From the NCBI RefSeq assembly GCF_006345805.1, contig NC_043004.1:87172001-87236000 (forward strand): a stretch of 64,000 bases of DNA, in the 5' to 3' direction. The position numbers and the translations under genes are program-made. This document shows, one piece after another, positions 23,446 to 38,200 of the stretch. The notes beneath the pieces are model-generated. The model had not been told where the DNA came from. It did no database searches and saw nothing but the letters and a program-made list of their open reading frames with translations. Source of the DNA: Octopus sinensis (lineage: Eukaryota). The first letter of the stretch is position 1, and every line of letters begins with the position of its first letter.

Positions 23446-23770
23446 ATATATATAATCATCATCATCTTCATTTAATCTCTATCTTCCATTCTATCATGGT
23501 TGGACAGTTCAATAGGATCGAACAAGCTTGAGGATTGCATTGAGATCCAGTGTGTGTTTTGGCAAAGTTTCTACAGTTAAATACCCTTTCCAACACTAAC
23601 CACTTTACAAAATCTACTGAGTGCTTTTCTTGTGACACGAGCACTAGTGAAATACAGGAACAGGTATCTTGCTGTAGAAGAGACATGTGGCTACCCTGTA
23701 TTATATGAGTATTATATAAGTAAGGAGAGTAGCTGAAAAGAAGACAATGGTGGTGATAACAAGATATCAG

Positions 23771-23939
23771 TATATAGTCTCGTGATTTTTTTCGCCACCA
23801 GCGGTCTAGTGAGAGAGAGAAAATAGTCAGAGACTATATATATAAATTCAACAACAATTGAGGAACGGTTTGAGTCCTGGCTGCTCTTTCTAGTGGGTCG
23901 AATGGCCTATTTGAGGCCGTTCCTCAATTGTTGTTGAAT
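23771..23939. repeat. Two adjacent TA-flanked mini inverted-repeat elements (23771-23840 and 23846-23939)
   Basis: TATATAGTCTC...GAGACTATATA, then a perfect 23-bp IR ATTCAACAACAATTGAGGAACGG (23846-23868) / CCGTTCCTCAATTGTTGTTGAAT (23917-23939). Confidence 0.85.
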
Positions 23940-25289
23940 ATATATCTAATATATATATATATATATGTCAAAATAGTTGTGTATTAAAATTAGTATGCTT
24001 TATTTTGAAATTATAAAAAGAAAACTAGACCATAAATAAAAGTAGATAAGTCAATTATTTGATATACAATAAATTTGACTTTGCAGATGTAACAAAAATG
24101 TTTTCTCATAAAGAATGAAACCAAATCCTGTGAGGTACTTCAGGCATGTCATGGACAGTCTCCAAGAACGATTTGAAACTTTTACTTTAATGTCTCAAAG
24201 TTGTAGCATTATGACTTGTAGGCTTCTTAAAGAGATGATTATTTCTGCTGTATTAGAGCACATTAAAGTGGCTTGTTTGTATGAAAAACCTGTTTGTATG
24301 AAAAGAAAGTAGCTTCTTTTAACCAATAGATAATAGTTTCTATTATATGAGGGTATCATAGAATAATATGCAGTGTTTTATAAATGAGTGCAAATGGTTT
24401 AAATTATCCATCTATGAATTGTGATTTTTGTTTCTCATAGTTAATGTTTCACTGTGTCTTTGACAATGCATCAAATCTTCCTTCACCTCCCCACTACACT
24501 TATATGGCAATAGAATAGACAAAAGAAAATTTGTAAATGATTCAGTGGTAGAGTGTTAAACTAATGAAGAAACGATGAGGTTGTTTACAATAATAATGTG
24601 TACACCTGAACACAAACATTTCACAAACACCTGTTTAATCAAAGAAAAGTATAAAAGGTATATAAAAATAAAAGCTTTATGGAAAAATTTAAATGGTTGT
24701 ATGTCACTTTGGTATATTTTGTCTGAATTTTCCGTATTTATTATATTTAAAAAACTAAAGGGAGACCTTTTAAGTTGCTCAATTGTTGCGGTTTTTGAGG
24801 AAACCCTATCTCTCCAACTGTGAAACCAGCATTAACTAATTATTTCTATTCATTTGGAGAAATTAAAGATTCTCTTGCTTTCATTTTTATGGTGAGAAGG
24901 GGTTCCTTTTCTTGATTTGAAAGAAATCTTTGGGGGTTACTGTTGCAATTTTTGGAAAGCCTTTTCCTCGCTTGTTTCTTGAGATAACAGAATCAATGAA
25001 GTTAAGGCTTAACCTTTGAGTAAAGGTTTGATTGTATATCATTTACACCAGGATCACTATATTCCTTCCTTTCTTTTCTTTTTCGTTTTATTGCACTGAA
25101 ACTCTGCACCCTGACTGCAATGGTTATGTACCTTGATTTGGGTCATAAATTTATTTAATGGCAAATATTGATTCCATATCAAAGTTTACTAATCAATATA
25201 TATTTCTATTCGATATGTGTATAATGGTGAAATAGAGTGGGAGTATCTTTACTGACTGCTGAGCAAGAACACTGGCTTTATCTTACATT

Positions 25290-25825
25290 TCAACACTTGC
25301 TTCTTTCCTTTATTCCTTCCTTCTCTCTCCAGCTCTCTTATTCCAATCCTTTATCTGTCTGTCTTTCAGTCTCTCCATCTCTCTGTCTTTCTCTCTCACT
25401 TTCTCGCTTCATCTTTTATTCTCTTTTTCTTTCCCTGCTCATCTTTAAATCTTATCTATCTTCCATTTCTCTCATTTCTTTTTCCTTTCCTCATCAAATT
25501 GTCTCTTTTTCTCTCTCATCTCTTCTGTTCATCTTGTTATTCATCTCTTCTCTCTTCTCTCTCTCTTTTCTCTTCTCTTCTCTATTCTCTCTCTCCTCCC
25601 TCTCACTCATTTTCGATTTAGGTTTCCATCCCCACCTCTCTCTATTCACTTTTTATCCATTCTTGCACACTTTCTCTCCACCCACTCATATTCTCTCAGT
25701 TGACACTCTCCTTTCTCTCCACAATATTATTCTCTCCTTACTCTCTCTTTTCACTCTTCATTTTCCCCCCATTTCACTTTCCTCTTTCTGTCTTCTCATT
25801 CTTTCTCTTTCTCTCCCTCCTGTCT

Positions 25826-25856
<31 letters not shown>
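25290..25856. repeat. Long CT-rich polypyrimidine tract ending in (CT)n; possible promoter-proximal GA-repeat region
   Basis: Directly visible; lies just upstream of the candidate first exon. Confidence 0.85.
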
Positions 25857-25929
25857 AAAAAAAAATTAGTTTATGATATTAGCACAGCTGTTAGTACTGC
25901 TCATTATCCCATAATCCAAGTCATTGCTA

Positions 25930-26328
25930 TAGCAGTAGCAGCATTAGTAGCAGCAGCAGTAGTTCCAACTACAACAATAGTAGCAGATAACTTAAGAAGC
26001 AATAGCAGTAGTGGTAGCAGTACCAGTAGTAGCAAGTCATTGACAGCAGCTATGTGCCACCTCACTCTCTCTAACTTATGTTCTGCTGCTGTATGTGGGA
26101 TTTAAATATTTAGCTGCTAACACATAGAGACGCATATACAAATTGCTGTGTATAATATAATTACACACACATACGCACACTCACTCATACACATACGCAG
26201 TTTACCTTTTCTCTCTTTCTCCCTACCTTTTCTCTCCCACCCTCACTCTCCCATTTAATTTTTTTTTTGTTGTGGTGTTTGTGATTATATCCAACGTTGA
26301 ATCTGAAGGATTTTCATTCCCTCCTACG
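25930..26328 (+). promoter_or_regulatory. Candidate non-coding first exon (5'UTR) of Rab3; start approximate
   Basis: Strong donor CCTACG|GTAAGA (intron from 26329); preceded by (AGC/AGT)n, CA- and CT-rich low-complexity sequence typical of long 5'UTRs; TE-poor neighbourhood. Confidence 0.45.
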
Positions 26329-27787
26329 GTAAGACTTGGAAATTTTTTCCCAATTCTGCGTTATTATAGTTAAACAATTCTGGAATTATTTGTTGATTAG
26401 AAATGATGGTGAAACAAAGATGAAGGGGATGGAATATAATAGGCTGTTGACTATTTACTCATATATTTCTTTTAAAGTAAATTAGCTAATTAACCAGTAA
26501 ACACAGCTAGCAGATACCATTGATTATATGTAAACTGTATGCCTTGATATTATTTAGGCTAGTGAAGATACGTGCATTGATTATTATAATTATTATTGTT
26601 AATATTCTATAAACCCTTTTTTCTTCTTTTTTTTAAAACCTTGAACCTAATATATCTGGTTTTTGTTTTATGCTCATTATTGATATTATATCAATTACTG
26701 TAAAAAAAAAAACCAGATAAGGAAGGTTCATGTAGGGAATCATATTCTAATTTCTTTAAACACACCACACACACACACACACATCAAAATGAGGCATTTT
26801 AACCGAAAATACTCCTATCATTTGTACAGGAATTCTTGGTTGTTGCCCCACTTGTTAAATGACACCTGACAAAAATCAGTCTCCCAGAACTAAATCATAT
26901 ATTGCTCTCATACTCAATATTAGATAAACAAACAAGTAAATGGTATTATCATATACATTTTCTTTTTGTTTTTGTTCTTTTGATAAAACGTAGAAAAAGA
27001 TCATATTTTAAGCCCAAATACATTTCTGTTCATTCATCTATTATCTCACAAAATTGTGAACTGTCATTCTGGCTAATACTTCACCTCTCTCCTTTTCTTT
27101 AATTGCTGTTAGTTCTGTCAATTTTATCTTGGTGCCTCAATTCTTAGATTCTTTCTATGTTTGTTTCTTTGTGAAGTATCATTTAATAAAAAAAAAATGT
27201 TTGAATTCTATGTCTATGTACCCATTATGTGTGTGTGTACATATACATACCCATACATACATGTGTGTATATGCATGTGAGTGTGGGCTTGCTTGGATTT
27301 CTTTATTGATTTTAAAGCTCAGAAATATCAATGTACTTATTTCATGTCTAAAAAAAAGAGAAAAAGAGAGTAATTGAGTCAATGAGCTTACAGTGAAAGC
27401 ACATTCAGACATAGTTTTCATTTAAGGTTTCATTTAAACCATCATCCATTTAGAATCTGCTAATGAGGTGTTGAATGCCAAAAAGACCACTTGCTTATTG
27501 TTAGCCTATGGTTATCTTAGAGAGATTATGGTTTCTTATAAATGACACATAAAACAGTAGTTGTGTGTTATTATATTTGTCCTTTGTCCTTCAGGATCAG
27601 GAATTCAACACACCATCTCTGAATTCCATTGCTTTTGATATATAATTTATGAGTATTGTTTTCATTACAATGTTTAAAAAATTTTAGAGCAGAAGTTAAG
27701 ATGTTAAAAGGAGAAAATTTATGATAAAGTTAACATTGTAGAATTATTGTCTTAAAATGATCATCTTAAAATTACAAAAAAATATGC

Positions 27788-27818
<31 letters not shown>

Positions 27819-28315
27819 GATATAGATATAGATGTATATAGATAAGACATCAGTTAAAAAGATAGGTAATTCTGGTAGGGAAATCTAGTAAACAAGAATA
27901 AATCTGTACTGTAGCACAAAATTATTTTAATGAAGAGCAAATTTATTGACTTCTAGTTTCTGTTTTACTGTAATAAAAAGTTACCTTTAAAATAAATAGC
28001 TTACTCTAGATAAGGGGAAATGAATCTAGCTTATATGATGAAAATAAATGAATATAGAAGCTCAAGAGATATAATTTCATCAAGTTTACCATTTATTTAT
28101 TGTATTTTTCATATCAATTATATATGAGTTTATTATTTGTTTTGTTTGTGTAAACAAATTATTCTTACATTGAGATATAAGAACTTTATATTCTTCATGC
28201 CTCATACAAAATTTCTTCATTTACAGACAATCATCAGCAATCATTATGACTAAAACAATCATTTACTATACATTTTATAATCTCTGACTTTAATATGCAC
28301 ATACACACGAACGAA

Positions 28316-28420
<105 letters not shown>

Positions 28421-29630
28421 TTCTATAGACTAATAAAATATGATTTCCTATGGAACAAAATATTCTGATTTCTTTGAATTAACTCTTTTGAAGGCCTTAG
28501 AAAACTATTGAAGCTCTGGAAAGAGTCTCTATTCTATTGTAAGCAGTTAAATTATATGACATTCAATAACCGGAAATAAACGAGTTGAATATGATCCATT
28601 GGCTAGGCTCTGTGAACTTAGAAGACAGACTGATTGAAAAAAATTATGATTGGATACAAAATACATTGATGTGTGAGTAGGAGGGTAGGTTATGAGATAT
28701 ATTGATGCGTGCATGCACACCTACGCCAGAGAATAAATATCTCAACATTGGAATGTATGTATGGTAAGAAGGGATGATAGCTATTACATAAATAGGTATC
28801 ATAAGTTGATAATATATGCTAACTGGGTAGAAAGAAACCACTTTTCTCAAAGATAGGTCAAAGATGCAACAGCAGAGAAAAGATGTGCAAATAGTTCAGA
28901 AGCTATTTTACATCATGGTCAAACCCATAACTATTGAAAAAATATGAAAAATTAGATGTTAATAATGATGAGGAAGAATTAAAGATTAAGAATTTTTCAG
29001 ACCTGATATTATTGCACAATTAAAAAGAGAAAAAAAAACACTAAAATAAATGATAATTATAAATCTCTAGTTTGAAGCGTTAATAACTTGGTTGATTATA
29101 TTGATTTGTTTCAGTTCATTTAGCACCAAATAAATATAAAAAGGTTAAGTTGGCTTTTAGATGGAACTGAAAATGTTTAGATAATGATGTGTTACTCTGG
29201 TTTATATTAAAAACACTACTGTATATTTCGTTGATGTGTTTCCATTCGGAGATGTGATCCATGTTTTGTTATTGTAATCAAATAAAAATGTTTGGATATT
29301 TCTTAAATTTCAAAAGATATATTTTTATGATTCGTTCTATGTTTTCCTGATTGTTACATTGAGAACAAGGCTGCTGAAGCCATTTTTATAATGTAAAGTT
29401 TAGTGTATTTAGATTGGTTTTTAGAAGTCATGTGAATAGTGTGATTTGGGAGACATCTTGAATATGAGTGCATGATGTAATTGCATAAATGGCAGTTGAT
29501 AGTTATAGAACCTCACACAAATAAGTTATGTACGTGTGTGCTTATTTTCCATCATGCTGTGTGGAAAGGCATATTAAATAGCTTGTATGAGTGATTTAAG
29601 TACATATGTAAGTGTTATTGTGTGTGTGTG

Positions 29631-29662
<32 letters not shown>

Positions 29663-30294
29663 TAAATGAATGTGTGTGTGTATATATATATGTATATATG
29701 TATGTATAAATGAATGTGTGTGTGTAAAAGTATAAATACATAGATATGAGTGTATGAATTTGTTATTGTAATTGTAAAATCACGTCAAAAATATGAATAC
29801 GATCCTGTTTGTGAATCCAAAGGCTAATGTAATCACCTCAGTTTTCTCAATGAATATATTTGTGCCAAATATAAACTATATATGCAAAGAATCTATTTAA
29901 GAGCAATAGGCACTGAATATCTAAGAAATTTAAGATAGTACTGTCACATGGTGGTAAGGAAAATTGACAAGAAAAGTTTGTGATTGGTCATGCTTTAAGC
30001 TATCCAGAAGAAAAGCATGGATTTAAGCTAGAAATGCTAGTGTGTGAAATCTGGGGATGAAAAAGGAGAATTTTAGCTGAAGACAGCATGGAATGGATAG
30101 ATGTTGTCAAATAGACTGTCTGATTATGAAAAACGAAAAAATATTAAAACAGGGATTATAATGACAGTGATTAATATAAGAAGAACAGAGACAGTATATC
30201 ACCTAGTTTTTAATGTTTTATAAAGTGTCTATTTAGTTGGAATTTACTGTGTCTTTGATCTCTCATATTGTTTATTAATATAAGTACTTACATT

Positions 30295-30890
30295 AGGCAG
30301 CAGCTGGCAGAATTGTTAGCATGCTGAATAAAAGCTTAGCAGTATTTTGCTTATCTTTATGTAGTGAGTTCAAATCCCACCAAGGTCAACTTTGCCTTTC
30401 ATCCTTTCGAGGTCAATAAAATAAGTACTAGTTAAACACTGGGGGTTGATGTAATCAACTTCCCCCTTCCCTCAAAATTGCTGACCTTGTGCCAAAATTT
30501 GAAATCAATATAAGTAATTAAATAGTAGGCACACACTTCCCAACCAATTTCAGGTCCAGTCCCACTGCATGGCACCTTAGGTTGACCAAAGTCTTGTGAG
30601 CGGATGTGGTAGATGGGAACTGAAAGAAGTCTGTCATGTGTCTGTGTTTGTTTATGTGTGACTGCCTCCTTGCTTTGACTTTGTGTGATAGTCATAAACA
30701 AGTGCCGTCATCATACAAGTAGTGTCCTTCGTTTCCAATCTTCCATGAAAACATGTTATGGAGAAATATTATCTTACTTGGACACAAGTGAGGGTTGGCA
30801 ACAGCAAAGACATCTGGCTATAGAAAATTCTCTTCAACAAATTCCATCTGACCTATGTTAGCATGAAAAAGTGAATGTTAAAATGATGAT
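30295..30890 (+). mobile_element. Two adjacent SINEs (30295-30508 central-domain family; 30528-30890 RTE-tail family)
   Basis: Homologous to 11895-12070 and 20851-21245 respectively. Confidence 0.8.
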
Positions 30891-31780
30891 GAATATACTG
30901 GAGTATATTACAGAACTAAAAGCACCCAGTACATAATGTAAAGTGGTTGGTGTTAAGAAGGGCATTGAGCTGTAGAGACCATGCCAAACCAGCCAGTGAA
31001 GCACATTGCAATCCTCAGACCTGTTGGATCCTGTCAAACCATCCAACTAATACTAGCATGGAACATGGACAATAAATGGTGATGATGAACCCTCTCGCTT
31101 ACAAAACAGTCGCCTGGTATCTCAAAGGAAATCCTGATGGTAAAAATATATAATAAGAGTGTGTCATGCTGGTAAAAGGTTTGCTATAACAACGTTCTCT
31201 CGAATAACATTATCTAGATAAATTGTAAGTGAGACAAATCACCCAGCTGGCAGATATTTCCGCAACAAATAAATACATTGATCACTATTAGTTTCAATTT
31301 ACAATCTGTTACTTCTGCATATTTCTGCTGTTTATTTGAATATACTCTGTGTGTGTGTGTCCATGATTGTATGTCTCTATAATGCTTCATTTGTGCCTAT
31401 TCTTTCCAACGGGTATTATTTTATGAATATATTACCATCTGGAAATAAAAAGCAGTTTATATTTTTGCTCACAATAAACAGTTATCATAAATAAACTCTG
31501 TGTGTGTGTGTTAAGTCCTACATAAATATAAAGGTAAAAAAAAAGAAAGAAATTATAATGCGTGCTGAGCCTTGAAAATTAAAATTCTTCAGATTCTGAC
31601 TAAATACCCTCACTTCCCAAAACAACTAGTCCATCACATCATTTTATTGTCTTTTTGGACTCTATAGGATTTACAATGTAAATAAAGAAATATCTCCATA
31701 ACATCCGAGATATATTATTATTATGCTTTTCCATACTGGTTTGGGTTGGTTGAGTCATTTTCAACTCAGTATCTCTTCAG

Positions 31781-32100
31781 TGAAGGCACATGGCTTAATG
31801 ATTAGGATATTCACCTAGTGATAATAAAATCATGAGCTCTATTCTCAACGGCATGTTCTGTCCTTGAGCAAGACACTGGACATTGCTCCAGTCCACTCAG
31901 TTGGCAAAAATGAGTTGTACCTGTATTTCAAAGGATCATCCTTGTCACATTCTGTGTCACACTGAATATCCCTAAGAACTACATTAAGGGTACATGAGTC
32001 TGTGCTGTGCTCAGTCACATGCATGTTAATTTCATGCGCAAGCTGTTCCATTGGTCAGATCAACTGCAACCCTCACCATTGTAACTGATGGGGTACTACT
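31781..32100 (+). mobile_element. tRNA-headed SINE (GTGAAGGC head) with distinct 3' body
   Basis: GTGAAGGCACATGGCTTAATGATTAG...TGTCCTTGAGCAAGACACT..TTGCTCCAGTCCACTCAG, shared with the 13392-13733 head. Confidence 0.8.
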
Positions 32101-32104
32101 TTAG

Positions 32105-32435
32105 TGTCTTTTTGCTTGACATAGTTCTTTACCATCTTTGTGAGACCCAGTATCCCAAGATTTGAATGCTTCTATTTAGATTTTCAGTTTTCCTCTTCTG
32201 TAAGTTTTTTCTAATCCCATTGTTTAACACTTTTTCCACACAACTCTCACTCTTCATGTACATCACATGCCCATCCCATCATAGTTGTCTCTCTTTGACA
32301 CTACAGTAGTTAGTTCAGTTGCACACTTTTTCTCTCAACACTTTTGCGCCATATCTTTCATGTCCATTGATATTACATGTCCATTGATATTACATGTCCA
32401 GCTGAGAATATTCACCTTATTCCTTTCCAAACTTT
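32105..32435 (-). mobile_element. Old RTE LINE ORF C-terminal fragment
   Basis: Resembles 18880-19220 (TTTTCCACACAACT.TC..CTT.CAT..CA.CACATG.CCAT.CCA.CA.AGT..TCTCTCTT..CAC); contains a short duplication CCATTGATATTACATGT. Confidence 0.55.
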
Positions 32436-33919
32436 GAAAATAATTAGGATGATGGTGATTTGTTTTGCCTCAATAAGAGGCTCACTTTTGTGAAAGTAAA
32501 GAATATAGTCAGTTAAATCAAACCAATACCTTGTTGGTAAATGTTTGATCTACCTTTGAGCAATGAAGCTCAAAGACAACCCTTACGGGATGTGACTTTA
32601 GAATAGTGAAGTCATAAAGTATTGAGTTTGATGCCTTACCATTTGTATCAATCCATCAATTATAACAATCATCGTCATCATCTTCAACAGTAGCAGTAGA
32701 AGCATCCTCTTTTTATGTCTGTTTTTCATTGCTAGCATGAACTGGATATGTTTGTTATGGTATAGTACACCGCCTGTCATGTACTATATCATCCCTCACA
32801 GCATCATGTGATCTAATTTCATCACTTCTTTCCATATCTCTCTTTATTAAACAACGTATATGTACTGAGAAATATTACTCCAGGTTAATCTTTCCATTCT
32901 ATGTGTCTGTTAAGAAAGACATGGCTGTCTTTACTGTGGCTTATAAGCCACCTAAGACAATAAATATGCAATCCAAATAAACTGATCATAATGAGAAAGG
33001 AAACTTTCCAAAACATTGTGCAGAAGAGAGGAGGTGTTTTAGACCAAAATAAATACTGTTGTAGTTGATGATAGAAAGGACATCTAGTCATGAAAAAACA
33101 GCTCATCAACCATTGTATCCCAGATTACCAGGATATGTTAAATTGTCAGAAAACCAATAATTTGTAGAGTGGGAATAGTATATAGGTTTCAATAACCTCC
33201 CATATTGCATTGATTTGCTGCTTCAAGAGAGCTCCAACATAAATCAATTTAGGTTGGATTTGAACTCAGAATGCTGAGGAATGGATTAAATTCTGTAACA
33301 CAATGAAGTGTTCTATTGTTTCTGACACTTGGTGACTTAATAGCTTCAGTAATACTGTGTAGTTAATAAGTTTGTTTTGCAGCTGTGAGTTTTGATTTGA
33401 TCCCATGGTACTCACTATTTTAACCTTTAGTCAATCAAAGCTTTAAAAGTAGAATTTAGTTTGTAGATGCCTGTCAAATGGGAATGTTCCTGGTCTTGGG
33501 TGGTAATTTAACCCATCACTGAGTTAAACATCGCCACCTGGTCCTTGGGCATGTTTAACTAAGTGCATTGTGTTACAAGCGTTTGGAGCATATCTCCAGT
33601 CTGTGGATTGTGGATACTTCTTTCTCTTTTCCTTTCACCAGTTTCAGAGATCCTGAAAAAGATCATAGATGCTGCCCTAATAAAAATTTAAGCTTTTTGT
33701 GTTGCTTAGGCACACAATACAAGAAAAATTATATTGGATAATGAATGATGAACCAACAATAATATTTCTATATATGGGTGATGCAAATTAAAATGGTCTG
33801 AACATATTCTTCATATTTATATCCACTTCGTATATCTTCTAATTATCTTTGGGTTCTTTACATTAGCATATACTGAGTTAAAGTTATATATTCATAATTT
33901 AAAGACATGCTTGTGTATG

Positions 33920-33920
<1 letters not shown>

Positions 33921-33980
<60 letters not shown>
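33921..33980. repeat. (GT)n microsatellite
   Basis: Directly visible; others at 35251-35295 and 41864-41895. Confidence 0.97.
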
Positions 33981-33982
<2 letters not shown>

Positions 33983-35247
33983 CAAAGTTATTCTATTGCT
34001 ACACTATATTTCTCATATCCACTTTTCACAATCTGTGTGAAGCAAGAAACTCAGAGTAGTAACAAAGATAAGCCTCATCTTCTGATAAACTACTAAACTC
34101 TATGACAAGTATTCAATCATAAAGAAAAAGTACTGAATACTTTTTCTTTCTGTGTGTAAATACAAATGCAAATAGAAGTATATGACACATTATAAACAGA
34201 ACTGATAAAGTTAGTAATGCCCACTCATCTATGGCACACCTTCTTTTAGTGTTAGCCTAGTGATTGCAAGATCAAATGGTCAAACCTTGCTACAAATGTT
34301 GTATTGTGCTCCTAAGCATAAAGCATCTTATACTTATCTATTTATTGAGTTTGTGTCTATATTTGAGGGATTTACACTTCAAATGGTATGAAACTTTCAT
34401 GTAAATATACATATTTTCAAAATGAAAAAAGCTACTCTGGACAGAGAGATTAAATGTATATTATCTTCAAAAATTAACAGAAATGCTTTGCCCTTATCTA
34501 TGGTACTGGTTTAAATGTCTTGCACTATCATGGACTTAGTATGGGAGAAAAATGTTTTTGTTTATTATTTGTGTTACTAGTGGACCACTTCCTTTTGCCA
34601 ATGAGTATGCAAAAAAGGTTGAGCTTTAATAGGTACAACATAGAAAAATAGAACTGTCACTATTTATATTTTGTTACTATTCTTTTCTCTTTATTTGTAT
34701 GCTAATTCTAATAATGACAATGGTGATGACAATTCTTCATATTAACACAATGTTTATAAATATAGTATAGTTCATTAGATTGACTACAATATGTTTGGGG
34801 CCCTGAAACAAGCTGAAGGTAAAATTGACCCTAGTGGCATTTGAATATAGACTGTAAAAGAATACAACAAAGGAACTGTAAAACATTTAGTCTGGCACAA
34901 ATTTGAAAGTTTCAAGTTTTGTGTATTGTTCACAATGTATACAAAACAATTCTGTCTGGGAATTAAAACTGAATTAACATTTATAAGAAGAAAATATGTC
35001 AAAAAGAAGTATTTCCTGCAGAATAGCTTTGCCTGATTAAGAATTGTAGAGTGCAAAGTAAAACTTTTAGATTATAGTTGAAGAATATAATCCAAGTGAC
35101 TGAATGAAGAGATACTGATGAAGGGATTCTGACTCGTAGCATTGGAGATTAGAATATTTATCATTGTTGTTCATCATCATGATTTCATTAATCTCTTCTG
35201 TTCTGTTATGGTTTAGAATGATTTGGAGTCTTAACTATTACTATAGC

Positions 35248-35297
<50 letters not shown>

Positions 35298-38200
35298 CAT
35301 TACATGATCTAGTACACTGTGATTTGAGCAAATATTAGATAGCTTTCTTAACATAAATTACACTAGGATGAGAGAAACACACACACACACACACATGATT
35401 AGAAATAGCAAAAAAGATAAGACATATTTAATGGAACAGTGAGATTTAGTTTGATGTTGTTGTTATGGTGGTAGTGTTGGTGAGGGTTAATGAGGAAGCT
35501 TACTCAAGTGAAAGTTTGACCTTGTATTTTTATGCTATGATTACATGAGTTTAGTTAGTATCACTAACCTGTGAATATGAGATATGTCATTCTACCATAC
35601 ATCGATTTGCAGAGAGAATAGACATACATTGTTTTGTTGTTTTTTATTTTTAATTAGTTTTTGTGATTTAACAGTTTTAGTTTTTAGAGCAAATGGTTCA
35701 GTAACCTTACACATGTTTCAGTGTGTCTGTCAGTTAATTTTTATTTTCTTTCTTTCCTTTTTTTTTATTAAATGAAGTGTTCAGTTGACATTCCATTTAC
35801 CAGTTCAAAAAAGAAAAATCTATCTTGTTTCCACTTCTATGTCAGCTGGGATATCTTAATTAAATAAAATCATGCTCATCCATTTCCTCTACTAATTAAT
35901 AATGGAAAACTTAAGTCATTGCACTCTTTTACACATGCTCTCTTTAACAATTTCCAACAACCTTATATGGAAATTCCATATAAGCCATATAACCAAAATA
36001 TTATTATAAAATATGTTGGATTCTATACCAAAAAACCTATTCAGTCCTTCTTCCTTCAGAACTGTTCCCCCTGAAATCCCTTCTGCCAGCATTTTCCTTG
36101 TAGCAGTAAAATGGTTGAAGTGATATAGTAATAGACTACCTGTTCGTAGATCTTTAATTGTTGCTGTTATTCAAGCCATCACTCACATACATATTGTATT
36201 CCGAGCTATATTAACTAATGTATTTTTCAATATGATAGATTTAGTTTAAGGGAGATTTAGTTATTTCTAGCAGGTCAACTGACCTTGTAGAGGTTCATTT
36301 GCTGGCTCAGAGGTATTAAGTTTAAATCCTTCACATGCTTATTGTATGTATTAAGATACTACTTTACATGCTTCAGTTCAATGAGCTTTCAAAGAGTAAG
36401 AACTAGGATCATCTGAGAAAGATTTATTTATCATCCACTTAAAATAAGAGCTAAGCACCAGCTCTTTGATCTTTGAATAGCTACATAATAACCATAAATT
36501 ATCAGTATCAAACTGTAAGTTGACTTCTCTAAACCTACCCAGTTATCTCTATATTCCACTTTAGGAAGGTTTAAACTAAGAAACACTGCTGTACCTTGTC
36601 AAATTAATCAATAGAAAAGATTACTTTTATCTACAAGAAAAGCTGTCTACTTGATAAGCAAATACACTCAGGCATACTCCTCCAAATATTGACCAATGTA
36701 CACCAACCCACTTTCTATCTTCCTACAGTTACAATGAGCCAACACTGAATGGTCCCTTGACTTACCAAATCTTCAAATCACACCTTATCATCTTAGAAAA
36801 AAAGAACACTTTGGATAGTGTGGTCCTATGAAAAAGACAGTGATTATGGTTGATCGTAGCTCTGCTCAGTTAGAGCTGACCTGGAGTTAAACAGCTATTA
36901 CCTTTGATTTACTCCTTTAAATTTGTTACTAACTCTTGGCATTTCTATTTAAGCCTCTCTCTAGACATTACATTCTCTTCTTACTGTATCTCCCCAATGA
37001 CAAACCTTTTAACTAAATACACCCAATCTTCTACTCTCCAGAATTGCATTTTGCTGGAATTCACTCACTGTCAAAATATTCTCACCAACTTCCTATTTTG
37101 CAATGAGTTACATTGAACCAAGTTATATTAGTCTTATCTACTGCTTCCAGTTTTCCTATCTAGGAGAATGGCTTTCGATTTATATAAATAATCTTTTGCT
37201 CCATAAGATATTAAAAAAACATTATCATTGAGTGTCAGAAAATTTTATTTGTTATTTTTTCTGAAGAAAAAGATATTGATGTGTTGATATTTCATTGATC
37301 TTCAGTGAGTCAGACATTTGGTTTCTAGATTAAAGCTGACCTTATTTAAAAGTAAAATAGAATTGAATTCTGAATAAAACAAAGGTGGCCAGCCCATTCA
37401 GTATCAAAGGTTTGACCTACCAAAGGAAATATAAAACCATGAAGATTTTTTAATAGTTCAACCTATATGAGTCACTGTGTATATATACACTCCTACATAC
37501 AGAAGGCAAACAGTCAATTTTAATGATTCACAATGTACTGTTAATTTCATTCTTAACATGTCATATATTCTCTTATTTAAGGAAAAGTTTTTTTTATTTT
37601 TTTTTTTTTTCCTGAACATTATCAAGATCAATATGTTTGACACTTGTCAAAGCAAAGAAAATAAATTGAGCCCAACTTAGTTTTAAATGCTTATATTGGG
37701 ACTGCAATATCAGAGTAGTAGATTATTGGACATATAAGACTTTTCTGTTATAAGTTGCAAGATAATCCTTTGTTATTAATTAACTAGTTCTGTTATTTTA
37801 AACAACAGTGTTATAGATATATTTTTGTTATTTAGTATTTCGATTTGATTCAATATTTATTTTGATTTTTATGCAATATTATTACATTGGAAACATTTTC
37901 TGTAATTCTGAACATGGCTACCTAAAACAACTATCTTGTATGATAATAAGCATTTGACTTTAGCAAGGTTCTGCTCAACATAATTTAGTTAAAAGTAGTT
38001 GATAGGATATGCCATCAATATGTAATAATCTTCAATATATTCTAGCCATTTATAATGTTTGCTGATTCATGCCTGTGTCTGAATATTGTGCAGAAGATCT
38101 GATCAGTGGTGCCATTTGTTTGTGTCCCATTCTTCATTATACATTAAATAGGTTTCTTTGTTTTCACCACCAATACTACTATGAAGCTTACTCTCAAGCC

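Noticed and set aside
23793-23804. CGCCACCAGCGG resembling a CTCF site
   Set aside because: One base short of the consensus core and inside a small repeat element.
25237-25869. 210-aa L/S/F-rich ORF
   Set aside because: Artefact of the CT-rich tract.
35962-35984. Perfect 11-bp palindrome CTTATATGGAA-A-TTCCATATAAG (and a 12-bp stem at 34121-34149)
   Set aside because: Short and AT-rich with no supporting context; plausible by chance or local slippage.
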